The notes under the pieces were generated by a model, which saw only the letters and a list, made by a program, of their open reading frames with translations, ran no database searches and was not told the DNA's origin. 42,743 nt of DNA from Escherichia phage vB_EcoM-606R2, in the sequence record ON470579.1; one strand, written 5' to 3'. The translations under genes and the position numbers were made by a program. Below are positions 1 through 10,078 of the stretch, piece by piece; the stretch's first letter is position 1; each line of letters starts with the position of its first letter.

Positions 1-549
<549 letters not shown>

Positions 550-561
550 CTATGCTTTACT

Positions 562-1197
562 CTATTCCAGTTGCTGGAGTTCACCGCGCGGGGTTACTCG
601 CCAACGATGCTGACAGAAATAAAGCAGCGGGTTGTCCTGATTACTGTCGCTATAGCCACTGTACAACCGCAGTGGCGTGCCGATTTTACGCTCCAGTTGC
701 GCGACCTTCTCATGCCCGAGGCAACGCATCGTCAATACCCAACCACCATAGCCACGCTGAATCTGACTGGCGATAAGATTAACCCGCGGCAGCCAGGGCG
801 TATCGAAATAAACCGCTTCAACCAGCGGCTGCGGAGAGCCGGTAATCAACCAGATATCAGCATCGGAACTTAACAGGTAGGTGGTTAATCGCTCCTGAAC
901 CAGCGGAAAGGCGGTAACATTGTCACGAAACCAGCGTACGAAATCGGCCTGCAACGCCTGCAAACGCGCTTCATTGTGACCAAAAGTGCATCCCCACAGA
1001 AGCAGACTCATCGGCCAGCGTGCCGCACGGCCTTTTATCAATAACGCAATGGCTATGATCGGCAACAACGGCAGGACAAGCAACGCATTCAGCGGTTGGC
1101 GCCGCAGTAAATAACGCAAAAAACTGCCGAACATATCCTGCTGATGCAATGTTCCATCTAAGTCAAAAAACACCACACGACGCTCGTGAGTTGCCAA
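562..1197 (-). CDS. pgpC: phosphatidylglycerophosphatase C, HAD-family membrane phosphatase
   Basis: 211-aa ORF with the HAD motif FFDLDGTL and hydrophobic segments. Its position between tadA and yfhH matches the E. coli K-12 gene order as recalled. Confidence 0.82.
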   Translation of the reverse strand: MATHERRVVFFDLDGTLHQQDMFGSFLRYLLRRQPLNALLVLPLLPIIAIALLIKGRAARWPMSLLLWGCTFGHNEARLQALQADFVRWFRDNVTAFPLVQERLTTYLLSSDADIWLITGSPQPLVEAVYFDTPWLPRVNLIASQIQRGYGGWVLTMRCLGHEKVAQLERKIGTPLRLYSGYSDSNQDNPLLYFCQHRWRVTPRGELQQLE

Positions 1198-1405
1198 ACC
1201 ATACTCCTCTGGACTGAAACATCCTGATTAATTTTCGCTACTACATAGCCTAACAGATAGATCATCACTTTTCCGGCAACAATCGACCGCATCATGGCTA
1301 ACTGGAATTTTTAATTCATGGAAATTAGCGGCAATGGAATATAAAATTCACTCGCGTTTGTCTCATATTGCCTGTTGTCGCCACTATTTCATCGCGAGGA
1401 AAGAT

Positions 1406-2254
1406 ATGAACGGCTTACTTCGTATCCGTCAGCGTTACCAGGGGCTTGCCCAGAGTGATAAAAAACTGGCGGATTATCTGCTGCTACAACCTGATACGGC
1501 GCGCCATTTAAGCTCTCAGCAACTGGCCAACGAAGCCGGAGTCAGTCAGTCCAGCGTCGTGAAGTTCGCGCAAAAACTCGGCTATAAAGGTTTTCCGGCG
1601 CTTAAGTTGGCGTTGAGTGAAGCGCTGGCAAGCCAGCCGGAATCGCCCTCCGTGCCCATTCATAACCAAATCCGCGGTGATGATCCGTTACGGCTGGTCG
1701 GCGAAAAACTGATTAAAGAAAATACTGCCGCTATGTACGCAACGCTAAACGTTAATAGTGAAGAGAAACTGCATGAATGCGTAACAATGTTGCGCTCTGC
1801 GCGGCGGATAATTCTGACCGGTATTGGCGCTTCGGGTCTGGTGGCGCAAAACTTTGCCTGGAAGCTGATGAAGATTGGCTTCAATGCTGCCGCAGTGCGC
1901 GATATGCATGCGCTACTCGCTACCGTACAGGCGTCGTCCCCTGACGATCTGTTATTAGCCATTTCTTACACCGGTGTACGACGCGAGTTAAACCTGGCGG
2001 CAGATGAGATGCTGCGAGTGGGCGGAAAAGTGCTGGCGATTACCGGCTTTACTCCGAATGCCCTGCAACAGCGTGCTTCTCATTGCCTGTATACCATTGC
2101 CGAAGAACAAGCGACAAACAGTGCTTCAATCTCTGCTTGTCACGCGCAGGGAATGTTAACGGATTTGCTGTTCATTGCGCTGATTCAGCAGGATCTGGAA
2201 CTGGCTCCAGAACGTATTCGTCACAGTGAAGCGCTGGTGAAAAAACTGGTCTGA
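1406..2254 (+). CDS. yfhH: RpiR/MurR-family transcriptional regulator (HTH plus SIS domain)
   Basis: Track ORF 1334..2254; the likely true start is the ATG at 1406, preceded by GAGGAAAG. The translation has an N-terminal HTH and a C-terminal SIS-like region, and sits in the K-12 position of yfhH. Confidence 0.8.
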   Translation: MNGLLRIRQRYQGLAQSDKKLADYLLLQPDTARHLSSQQLANEAGVSQSSVVKFAQKLGYKGFPALKLALSEALASQPESPSVPIHNQIRGDDPLRLVGEKLIKENTAAMYATLNVNSEEKLHECVTMLRSARRIILTGIGASGLVAQNFAWKLMKIGFNAAAVRDMHALLATVQASSPDDLLLAISYTGVRRELNLAADEMLRVGGKVLAITGFTPNALQQRASHCLYTIAEEQATNSASISACHAQGMLTDLLFIALIQQDLELAPERIRHSEALVKKLV

Positions 2255-2309
2255 GTAAAGAATGCGCGTATAATGCCCGCCCGGTTTGTGTTGTTTTGAG
2301 AGTTTCCTT

Positions 2310-2357
2310 ATGGCGCTGTTAATCACTAAAAAATGCATCAATTGTGATATGTGTGAA
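2310..2357 (+). pseudogene. yfhL: 5' fragment of ferredoxin-like gene yfhL, interrupted by prophage insertion
   Basis: ATG at 2310 encodes MALLITKKCINCDMCE, the recalled N-terminus of the 4Fe-4S ferredoxin YfhL. The frame then diverges into AT-rich sequence and stops after two more codons. Confidence 0.65.
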
Positions 2358-2395
2358 ATTAAATAAAAATACATTTATTTTCATGGTGATGCAGT

Positions 2396-2419
2396 AATGT
2401 GTTATTGAATGTGTTATTG
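2396..2419 (+). repeat. tandem 12-bp direct repeat AATGTGTTATTG x2 near the prophage/host junction
   Basis: Read directly from the sequence; lies about 40 bp inside the presumed phage end. Confidence 0.85.
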
Positions 2420-2564
2420 AATTTATGGTGCAAAAAAATTTTGCATACGTTCAGCAACACAAAGAGCTCCCCTTTCTATAAAGGTTCATTTGAGACTCCC
2501 CCTTGACTCCCTCTTCGAAATTGAAGACCATTAACTGTACATAATTACAGTCCTGGATAATATT

Positions 2565-2831
2565 ATGCGCAGAAAAGAATCAAACGTTAGCAGTTTGCCG
2601 GAACTCACCAATTTTGAGGTAAGCTATTCCCTAGTTACCAATGAAGTTTACTTGTCTGCATCCTTCACTGATAACATGGCCTGTATACCAAACTGGCCCT
2701 TACAAGAATTTCCGGATCAACTAATATGCATTTCTCGAGCAAAAGCTATTGCCCTAATCGAAGAGCTCCAGAAGACCATCGACTATATGGACGCAGGAAT
2801 CGATCGACAATCAGGTAGCCTGCTCCAGTAG
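2565..2831 (+). CDS. hypothetical protein, AT-rich terminal cargo
   Basis: 88-aa ORF in an AT-rich region with a weak ribosome-binding site; no recognisable motif. Confidence 0.35.
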   Translation: MRRKESNVSSLPELTNFEVSYSLVTNEVYLSASFTDNMACIPNWPLQEFPDQLICISRAKAIALIEELQKTIDYMDAGIDRQSGSLLQ

Positions 2832-2964
2832 CTGGCGAGTTTTATACTCGTTCCCTGCAACAATGGGCTTTTGGTAAGGCACTCACAAATAAGGAATTCG
2901 TTAAGGCTTTTGTTCTGGAGACTCTGAAAGATACAAGGAATCAGTTGATGGCTGGTTTGATCAT

Positions 2965-3005
2965 ACTAATTAATATATTGTCAAACTCACAATATATTAA
3001 TTAGT
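2965..3005. repeat. perfect 16-bp inverted repeat (ACTAATTAATATATTG / CAATATATTAATTAGT) with 9-bp spacer
   Basis: Read directly from the sequence; lies between the 88-aa and 281-aa cargo ORFs. Candidate operator or AT-rich terminator hairpin. Confidence 0.8.
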
Positions 3006-3132
3006 GGTAGAACATAAAACCGAGTTCTTGACTTTCAATAGCTATTATATGCGATCAACAACCTTAACCATCTCCTTATATTTTATGAGATACTCAAACA
3101 ATTTAAATTTATGAGCAAAGGAAAATAATAAA

Positions 3133-3978
3133 GTGAATAAAAATCCCTGGGATATTCCAGCATGGCACGCTCTGGGCCGAGAAGCATCTTTAGTTACACA
3201 GCTCATTGGTTCTGGGGCAACAGCCATAGGTAAAGCCAATTATGCAGACAAAATAGGTGAATATTACACAGCATTTTTTGGGCTTTCTGTAGGTTTTGAG
3301 AGACTTGCTAAACTAATACTTGTTGCACACTATGCCATTGAACACAAAGGGAAAATGCCTGATGAGAATATTGTAAGAAAATTTGGACATAAGCTCATTG
3401 AATTAACCAACGAGGTTGATAGTATTTCTAAAAAAATGCAACTATCTCTGAGATATTCACGTCCTACACATAAAATTACCTACAAAATACTTGAATGTTT
3501 AGATTCCTTTGCTGATGCCCGACGGGGACGTTACGCAAATTTCTCCTCATTAAGCAGCCCCAATTTAACCAATAATGAACCTATTAATAAATGGTGGGGA
3601 GAAGTAGCCGAGAGTATCCTTGAAAAACATTATTATTATACAGTTGAACAAAGACGTGTTGAAGAAAATGCTAGGTTTATCAATGCCACTCTTTCACCGT
3701 ATACAACGGTCATGTATATGAATGAAAGTACCAACATTATGCAAGACCTTATATCAGCCTCCATCCGTACTGGACAAAATACCATTGTTCAAAAGTGGGG
3801 AAGATTCTATTCTCTTAGCATCGCTCGTTGGCTTGCCACAGTATTAGCAGAACTGTCTGATATAGCTTCTCATAAATATGGAATAATTAGTTTTTATGGC
3901 CTTAGTGAACATTGTTGCAGTTATATAGTTGAAGATAGTTTTTTAAAAAACAGAAAAATATGGCCACTTCGCCAATAG
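3133..3978 (+). CDS. hypothetical protein, AT-rich accessory gene at the prophage terminus
   Basis: 281-aa ORF with a GTG start 11 nt after AAGGA. Its composition is strongly AT-rich compared with the phage core. It sits next to the truncated invertase. Confidence 0.6.
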   Translation: MNKNPWDIPAWHALGREASLVTQLIGSGATAIGKANYADKIGEYYTAFFGLSVGFERLAKLILVAHYAIEHKGKMPDENIVRKFGHKLIELTNEVDSISKKMQLSLRYSRPTHKITYKILECLDSFADARRGRYANFSSLSSPNLTNNEPINKWWGEVAESILEKHYYYTVEQRRVEENARFINATLSPYTTVMYMNESTNIMQDLISASIRTGQNTIVQKWGRFYSLSIARWLATVLAELSDIASHKYGIISFYGLSEHCCSYIVEDSFLKNRKIWPLRQ

Positions 3979-3982
3979 TTAA

Positions 3983-4333
3983 CTAGAAAATCTGCATAAG
4001 GGGGAGAAATCCCCCACCTGTAATAACATAACTACTAAAATTAACACCTTGTTCGCACAACTCCTCCACCAGCACGACAAGATGCCGCACACTGCGCCCC
4101 AGCCGATCCAGCTTCCAGACAACCAGAGTGTCACCTGCCGATAATGTCCTGAGCAGTTTTTTCAGTCCCGGCCTTTCGGACTTTGTACCGCTTATCTTGT
4201 CTTCAAAAAACAGCTCGCATCCTGCACAGTTCAGCGCATTACGTTGTAGATCTGTGTTCTGGTCATTTGTTGACACACGTACATAGCCAATAAGCATAGT
4301 GGATCCCTCTGACAAAAGCAGGAATGATGCCAT
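3983..4333 (-). pseudogene. Hin/Gin/Pin-family serine DNA invertase, 3'-truncated
   Basis: The N-terminus MLIGYVRVSTNDQNTDLQRNAL...DRLGRS carries the serine-recombinase catalytic motif. The ORF is only 116 aa and ends in unrelated residues; the HTH DNA-binding domain is missing. Confidence 0.75.
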
Positions 4334-4722
4334 TTGCTCGTTATTTCTGCATTTTCATAAACGTTGGTTTGGGAGAAGCGGCAAAACGGAATGTGGGCAC
4401 AGGAGATAATCAGATACCGGATATGGGAGCATTCGCTTCTGGTTCGGGATGGTTCAGGCTACCAGGTGGATATATTGTTCAGTTTGGCACTTTTTCAGGA
4501 AACACGACCCGCTTTATCAGTGGACACTTCCCTATACCATTCCCTAATCAGCCGATGATTTCAGTCAGTGTTATGTCTGATGCCGTTCAGTCAGACCCGT
4601 CGAATCCTGCCCCGCAGGTTTTGTCTGTAAATTTTGAACATATCAGTAATTCAGCGTGGCGTGTGGCAACCAGTGATATCTCACAGCAATACAGATTCAG
4701 TTATATTTCGATAGGACGGTAG
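4324..4722 (+). CDS. alternative tail-fibre C-terminal variable segment (silent orientation)
   Basis: The ORF shares the crossover-site residues GLGEAAK with the expressed tail-fibre gene and is followed by an assembly gene. It would be fused to the constant N-terminal part only after inversion. Confidence 0.5.
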   Translation: MMPFARYFCIFINVGLGEAAKRNVGTGDNQIPDMGAFASGSGWFRLPGGYIVQFGTFSGNTTRFISGHFPIPFPNQPMISVSVMSDAVQSDPSNPAPQVLSVNFEHISNSAWRVATSDISQQYRFSYISIGR

Positions 4723-4724
4723 AA

Positions 4725-5165
4725 ATGCAGAAATATATTTTCAGTGCCGATAAAAATGCGTTTTTCCCTGTGGAGCTTAAAATCGCTTATCAGGAATCCG
4801 GCGAATGGCCCGATGATGGAATCGAAATTGACGACACTGTTGCTGCCGAATTTATGAAGGAAGCACCAGAAGGAAAATACAGAGGTGTCATCGACGGAAT
4901 GCCTGCATGGATTGATATTCCACCGCCAACTCATGAGGAACAAATTGCCGCAGCCGAACTGAAAAAGCAGCAATTGATTAATCAGGTCAACGAATACATA
5001 AACAGTAAGCAATGGCCTGGTAAAGCGGCGATTGGTCGCCTGAAAGGTGAGGAACTGGTGCAATATAATTTGTGGCTGGATTATCTGGACGCACTGGAAC
5101 TGGTCGATACTTCCGGTGCGCCAGATATTGAATGGCCTACGCCTCCGGCAGTTCAGGCCAGATGA
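4725..5165 (+). CDS. tail fibre assembly protein (alternative copy)
   Basis: 146-aa ORF with the conserved Tfa-type C-terminus ending WPTPPA, immediately after the alternative fibre segment. Confidence 0.7.
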   Translation: MQKYIFSADKNAFFPVELKIAYQESGEWPDDGIEIDDTVAAEFMKEAPEGKYRGVIDGMPAWIDIPPPTHEEQIAAAELKKQQLINQVNEYINSKQWPGKAAIGRLKGEELVQYNLWLDYLDALELVDTSGAPDIEWPTPPAVQAR

Positions 5166-5733
5166 CATCCGGCGCGGTGCTGGTATCTGTTGCCGTCACC
5201 GCGTCAATGTAATCCAGCACAGCGTTAAGCCGGGTTGTTTCTGCCTGCGTCAGTTTCCGCCCGGCTTGTAATTTCAGCTGAATCAGACTAATGGAAGCCA
5301 TTGCTGCATCAATCAGTGACTGGCGCTGTGCTTCTGACGCGTCTACTGCGGCGCTATGCTGTGCCTCGGTATCCGTCACCCATTTCTCACCATCCCATTT
5401 ATCGTATGGCGTTAACGGTGAAAGCGTGACATAACCATCTTTGATGGCACCGATATAATCCACTGTAACAGCTGCGCCATTTTCGATTGAGTAAACAGTC
5501 TCATTGCGATGGTCCTCTTCATGGCTCCATCCCTTACCTGTAAATACAGCCACTTTTCCCGGAATGTTTTCGCCAGGGTTAATTCCAGTGGAACAGGCGG
5601 GCATACTTACGCCAGTATTAATATATTCATCAGACCAGCCCGTATACTCAGATGTTTCAGCATCATAATAAAAACAACGCATATCGCCCGGCACTGTAGC
5701 CAGTCCATTTTCATCAAAAATTGGGGTCATCAT
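5137..5733 (-). CDS. tail fibre assembly protein
   Basis: 198-aa ORF with a Tfa-like C-terminus ending IWPELPEA, downstream of the expressed tail-fibre gene. Confidence 0.7.
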   Translation of the reverse strand: MMTPIFDENGLATVPGDMRCFYYDAETSEYTGWSDEYINTGVSMPACSTGINPGENIPGKVAVFTGKGWSHEEDHRNETVYSIENGAAVTVDYIGAIKDGYVTLSPLTPYDKWDGEKWVTDTEAQHSAAVDASEAQRQSLIDAAMASISLIQLKLQAGRKLTQAETTRLNAVLDYIDAVTATDTSTAPDVIWPELPEA

Positions 5734-6542
5734 TTAGCCCTCACCAGAAAGTTAAATGCAATATTTCGCGGTCTGACGGCAACAAAATTCACACCATCAC
5801 CCACAGAGTTACTGGTGAAATTAAATCGTGAAAATCCTGGCTGATTTCCGGCGATACCATCATGAAAATTAATTGTGTGGCCCGCACCATCGCCTATATT
5901 CCCGGCAAACTGAGAAAAGTTTGTAGCTGCCTGCCAGCTTAATAATTCGCGACCACCGTCTGCACCTCGCCCGTCATCCCAGATACGAATGAAATCACCG
6001 CGGGCTTCAGGTAATACCAGCGAAGGAAACACTTTCGCCAGCACAGGGTAATCAGAGGCAGAAAATTTCGCCCCGTTAAACTTCAAAAACACCATACCGG
6101 ACCAGCTGTCGATGACAGAATTTGGCATTGCAGCGGACGGCCAGAAGAACGGAACGCCAATAGCTGGGGCACCTTCTCCCAAACCAAGGTTTTCGAGAGC
6201 TGTTTTCACCGTGCCGTCCGATTTGATATCGCCAAACGGATTCTTGCGGCTCAGGTATTCAACAGCAAACCCCGATCCCAGCAATTCAACAAAACCGGGC
6301 AGATCACCATTATCAAGCACATCCCGTTGCGTTTTATCACTTACAAACTGGGCCAGAGCTGCAGCAATAAAGCTGGCCTGCCGAATAACCTTATTGACTT
6401 GCGCACTGGAGGCTTTCCCTGCTGTAAATCCAGATAAAAGCGCGGGCAACGCTTCCCATTCCTCCTGCGATATAACATTGGCATTTCGATCCGTTGCAAA
6501 CGCTTTAAAGTCATTTTTCGCCATCAGAGTAATACTCCCCAT
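5730..6542 (-). CDS. tail fibre protein (constant N-terminus plus variable C-terminus)
   Basis: 270-aa ORF at the end of the baseplate operon; it contains the crossover site and is followed by an assembly gene. Confidence 0.7.
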   Translation of the reverse strand: MGSITLMAKNDFKAFATDRNANVISQEEWEALPALLSGFTAGKASSAQVNKVIRQASFIAAALAQFVSDKTQRDVLDNGDLPGFVELLGSGFAVEYLSRKNPFGDIKSDGTVKTALENLGLGEGAPAIGVPFFWPSAAMPNSVIDSWSGMVFLKFNGAKFSASDYPVLAKVFPSLVLPEARGDFIRIWDDGRGADGGRELLSWQAATNFSQFAGNIGDGAGHTINFHDGIAGNQPGFSRFNFTSNSVGDGVNFVAVRPRNIAFNFLVRAK

Positions 6543-7204
6543 GCTCCTACATCAAAACCACTGATGAATTCGTTATCCATATCAAAACCAAAAAATTTTG
6601 AGCCTTCCGATGGGGTTTCCACCGAAGGTGTTTCAATGCCACCCGCCCATACCCCGGCGGCTTTTACTGTGAGATACCCCTGTTTAATTGCCGCAATTAA
6701 CTCACGCGATACATCTGAAATATCAGTATCAGGAAAGACCCAGACCGATATCGTCATGTCCTGGTTATCGACTATCTGCATTCGCAGCCCGGATCCTGCT
6801 GTTGCCGCGTCAAGAATTGCCGGAAGCGAATCATTCCGTCCGTCCCAGTTATTAATCGCAATCTTCGCTTTAAGAATGACACGATAAGTTTCATCGCTGA
6901 GATACATGTATCCTGAATCAGGATCGTATGGTCCCTGCCATACCCCCTGATCATATCCAAGCCCGTCGGTATCCCAGCTGAAATAGACACCTGAGATAGG
7001 CTGGCTGACAACACGGCTACGTCCGATCCACAATCCAAGGATGTCAAGTTGCACACCAACCGCAGAGTCAATATCAAATGCACTAATCAGCCCTCTGGTG
7101 GCAGCCGCAACATCAATAAGTGGCCGGGTCATCAGATCAACATGCGCAAGAAATTTAGGTTTGGTGGCGTGGTAGTTCGTGATTAGTTCGGTGTATTTGC
7201 TCAT
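6524..7204 (-). CDS. baseplate/tail protein (Mu gp48 / P2 gpI-like)
   Basis: 226-aa ORF between the J-like baseplate gene and the tail fibre; call rests on position and size. Confidence 0.5.
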   Translation of the reverse strand: MSKYTELITNYHATKPKFLAHVDLMTRPLIDVAAATRGLISAFDIDSAVGVQLDILGLWIGRSRVVSQPISGVYFSWDTDGLGYDQGVWQGPYDPDSGYMYLSDETYRVILKAKIAINNWDGRNDSLPAILDAATAGSGLRMQIVDNQDMTISVWVFPDTDISDVSRELIAAIKQGYLTVKAAGVWAGGIETPSVETPSEGSKFFGFDMDNEFISGFDVGAWGVLL

Positions 7205-8400
7205 GACTCCACCGTTATAACGATATTTTTCGGGGTACAGGACGCAGATTCGTTGTATCTGATATCAATGTTTGATGACGACAAAGCCCCCGGGGATTTC
7301 CCAATCGTCAGTTCCTGAATATCGTAATAGCGTGCATTCCCGCCACTCACCACGCCAAGATTCGCCGGTGAGTAAATGCGACTTAAAAGGACCGAATCAC
7401 CAATCATCAGACTATTGATATAGTCGGAAATAGCCTGCTGGATCTGCTGCCCTATCTGTGAGGTATAACCCGTAAAAACTTTTAATTTAATCAGGGCATA
7501 AACAGGCACATCACTGGAACGCGAGAATTTGATTACATGGGGATTGCCGTATTTATCCGGAACCGTAACGGATGTTGTACCGTGAGTGGCTGTCCCCTGG
7601 CCTTTATTCCCTCTGATAGCCTGAGCAATATCCGTTACATCACCGCCATCCACAATTACAGCAACAGAGTGTGGCGGTAACCCGTTACCGTCCTCCGAAC
7701 CAGTATCGTTTTCATAGAGTTTGTGGCGGGTTACACCGGTAACATTAGAAACAGCACCATCCAGTGCTTCAAATGGGGTTATTGATGGCAACGCAACACT
7801 TTGCGACTGGCGGATACGTAACTCAGCGTCAGTTTCTGCCGGAGTGCCCACAGTGGCTGCAGCAGGATTGGTTACCGAAACCCAGCCACGGGTTGGCGTA
7901 TTAATTTCAGTGATAGTTCCAGCCAGCGCCGCCACTGCACCACTGACGGAACATGTTGCGGTCACCATCACTGTACCATCCACGCCTACCACCACTGAAG
8001 CAGGCAAACGCCATATCACATTATTACTGTCTTTCACGCTGCCATTAATGATGGTTGTTCCGGCAGTTCCTGTAAGAAGCAAATCAACCGTAGAGTTCGT
8101 CGCGCCTTTACGTGAAATACCATTTATTTTCACGTTACAGGTCAGTGCAGCCCCATAGCCGGTTGCCGGTGAAAAACAGTTGTAGACAGTTATCGCAGTA
8201 TTATTGGCATCATGAATCGCCAGCGCCATCAGAGCCACCATCTGGCCGTCTTTGCTGTCCGGTTCGAGGTAGGCATCACTGCCATAAATCTGCTGAAAAT
8301 AGCTAATCAGGGTGCTGAGTATCGTCTGATAATCAGGCGCACTGATCCCCTCCGCGGTTACCTTTGCAGATAAACCGAGAGAATCAAGGTTCAGAGCCAT
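7201..8400 (-). CDS. baseplate J-like protein
   Basis: 399-aa ORF in the conserved baseplate order W-J-I-fibre. Confidence 0.6.
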   Translation of the reverse strand: MALNLDSLGLSAKVTAEGISAPDYQTILSTLISYFQQIYGSDAYLEPDSKDGQMVALMALAIHDANNTAITVYNCFSPATGYGAALTCNVKINGISRKGATNSTVDLLLTGTAGTTIINGSVKDSNNVIWRLPASVVVGVDGTVMVTATCSVSGAVAALAGTITEINTPTRGWVSVTNPAAATVGTPAETDAELRIRQSQSVALPSITPFEALDGAVSNVTGVTRHKLYENDTGSEDGNGLPPHSVAVIVDGGDVTDIAQAIRGNKGQGTATHGTTSVTVPDKYGNPHVIKFSRSSDVPVYALIKLKVFTGYTSQIGQQIQQAISDYINSLMIGDSVLLSRIYSPANLGVVSGGNARYYDIQELTIGKSPGALSSSNIDIRYNESASCTPKNIVITVES

Positions 8401-8753
8401 TACGCCTCCGATGTAACAGTCGTTATTCCATAAAGAGTGTCGATTTCAGCGGAAAACATGACACGTCGGGTCGTGGTATCCAGCGTCGTATTGAAAGAGA
8501 GGATTGATTTAACGCCCTGCGTTTCGAGGATGCGCTTACGGATCGCCAGGTTGTAGGTTTCCGGCTTCTGCTTACCGAGTACGGACTGGATCCACGGAGT
8601 CCCCTCGGTGGTGTCGAGAAACCATTGCCCATACCACAATTCGAATCGCGTTTTTACCGCCTGCGCCACGGCCTCCGGTGAGTTAATCAGCCAGGTGTCA
8701 TCACCGCTGCCAAAGGTGTAATCGCCATCGGCGTCTTCACGTCTGTATCGCAT
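8400..8753 (-). CDS. baseplate protein, gpW / GP46-like
   Basis: 117-aa ORF immediately upstream of the J-like gene, with coupled start/stop overlap. Confidence 0.55.
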   Translation of the reverse strand: MRYRREDADGDYTFGSGDDTWLINSPEAVAQAVKTRFELWYGQWFLDTTEGTPWIQSVLGKQKPETYNLAIRKRILETQGVKSILSFNTTLDTTTRRVMFSAEIDTLYGITTVTSEA

Positions 8754-9505
8754 CAGTTTACCCCGTCGGTACTGCTTCCACCGCGCTGAACACCACCATG
8801 AGTGTGCGTATCATCGATTGGCTTGCCGTTAGCCTTCACGCTCCCCAAAAACTCAACAGCACCAGTGATTTTTGAAGCCACACCAGAAACCACAGACCCC
8901 ACCATGCCCCCCATCCAGGTTAACAGGCCATGAATGGTTACTTTCTCAGAAAAATCAGCCAGGGGGGCAACCACATCAAGCCCCCCCGGAGCGACAATTT
9001 TAATTTTCCTGGTATCAGGATTAAGCTCAAAATAGGTGCTGCCGTCGTCACTACGCAACTGTGTGGCACTGGTATTAATACCGCTAATCTTCCTAGCCTG
9101 CGACTGGGGACCGACAATACAAAACGCATCCGATAAATCATGCATTCTGTCATCAACCGTCTCCTGTATCCCGCCGCTCTGCCACCAGAAATCAATACAA
9201 CGATCGGCAAAAACGACAAGACACTCATCCCCAGCTTTTACCGGAAAAGTCAACGTACAGCCTCCGCCGCGCGGGAATACCACTGGCACATCCACCAGCA
9301 ATGGGTAATTTTTGGTAATGCGGTTACCGTCGTTATCCTTTTCAACTGACCGGATAGCTGGCTGCACAACCGCCGTCACCGCGTCAGGATCGAATGACTG
9401 AATAATGCCAGGCAAGGCGACACGGATCTGGTTCTTTGTTGTTTCCCGTTCAGATTTAAATGTTTCGGCAAGATCGCCACTGCGGGTCTGGTCAGTTACT
9501 GCCAT
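8753..9505 (-). CDS. baseplate spike / assembly protein V-like
   Basis: 250-aa ORF with a C-terminal HTHGG-type apex motif, in the position expected for a gpV-like protein. Confidence 0.55.
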   Translation of the reverse strand: MAVTDQTRSGDLAETFKSERETTKNQIRVALPGIIQSFDPDAVTAVVQPAIRSVEKDNDGNRITKNYPLLVDVPVVFPRGGGCTLTFPVKAGDECLVVFADRCIDFWWQSGGIQETVDDRMHDLSDAFCIVGPQSQARKISGINTSATQLRSDDGSTYFELNPDTRKIKIVAPGGLDVVAPLADFSEKVTIHGLLTWMGGMVGSVVSGVASKITGAVEFLGSVKANGKPIDDTHTHGGVQRGGSSTDGVN

Positions 9506-9520
9506 TGGTAGGCTCCAAAA

Positions 9521-9541
9521 AGCAAAAAACCCGCCGGGTGG
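9521..9541 (-). terminator. putative intrinsic terminator downstream of the moron pair
   Basis: On the minus strand, a short GC hairpin (ACCCGGCGGGT) is followed by TTTTTT, directly after the stop of the 170-aa ORF. Confidence 0.3.
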
Positions 9542-9565
9542 CAGGTTTTATCTCATGAAGAATGA

Positions 9566-10078
9566 CTATCGGTGGATAGTATTAAAGTATTCAGAAAGCT
9601 GATTATCAGTTATCAAACACAACTGCATCAAATAAATAGAGTATTTCAATAACTTTTCATCACGAACGGGGGCGGGACGTAAATACTTCCCGCCGTGAAA
9701 GAGATTATTTCTTATATACGGGATCTGCTTTAATGCTTCAGCAAGAGAATGAGGTTCGATTGGAGGTTTATCCTCCCACGAAAAATCATGCCTCTGCTGC
9801 TTCACAGGTTGCTGACATAGATACTCAACTGCCCTATCGACATTTCTATTTCCAGTAGGATATAAAGGCCGCGTATCATCAGTAGCGTAGCGGCTCCAGT
9901 CAGCACCGATTAGATAATTTCTACGATCAGTTTTTTTGAAATTAATTCTTTTTAACGCATATTCGAAACGCGAAAAATAATTAAAAAACCTTATAACAAG
10001 AGTAATATCAATTCCGCCGAGAAGTTCCTGAAAGTCAGGGTCTTGAAATGAATTCAAAGGATCATCATCAACTGTCAC
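9566..10078 (-). CDS. hypothetical protein with HEPN-like Rx4H motif (moron in baseplate operon)
   Basis: 170-aa AT-rich ORF containing IRNNLFHGG (R-x4-H). It interrupts the otherwise conserved baseplate gene order. Confidence 0.5.
   Translation of the reverse strand: MTVDDDPLNSFQDPDFQELLGGIDITLVIRFFNYFSRFEYALKRINFKKTDRRNYLIGADWSRYATDDTRPLYPTGNRNVDRAVEYLCQQPVKQQRHDFSWEDKPPIEPHSLAEALKQIPYIRNNLFHGGKYLRPAPVRDEKLLKYSIYLMQLCLITDNQLSEYFNTIHR

Larger units (their letters stand above)
4364..6187. mobile_element. invertible tail-fibre segment (G/P-segment-like) bounded by inverted gix-like crossover sites
   Basis: The 15-bp sequence TTGGTTTGGGAGAAG occurs at 4364-4378 and as its reverse complement at 6173-6187, each inside a tail-fibre reading frame at the conserved GLGE residues. 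Convergent tail-fibre and assembly genes lie between the two sites. Confidence 0.6.

Noticed and set aside
1660-2374. Minus-strand ORFs 1660..1962 and 2156..2374
   Set aside because: The first is antisense within yfhH; the second spans the yfhH stop and the yfhL fragment with an implausible composition.
4364-5271. ORFs 4364..4558, 4701..5168 and 5047..5271 inside the invertible segment
   Set aside because: They are alternative-frame or antisense shadows of the tail-fibre and assembly genes, which have conserved termini.
6112-8306. Plus-strand ORFs 6112..6564, 6564..6887, 7721..8158 and 8112..8306
   Set aside because: Antisense to baseplate and fibre genes that are in operon order with coupled overlaps; the products are Ala/Pro/Ser-rich, typical of GC-rich antisense frames.
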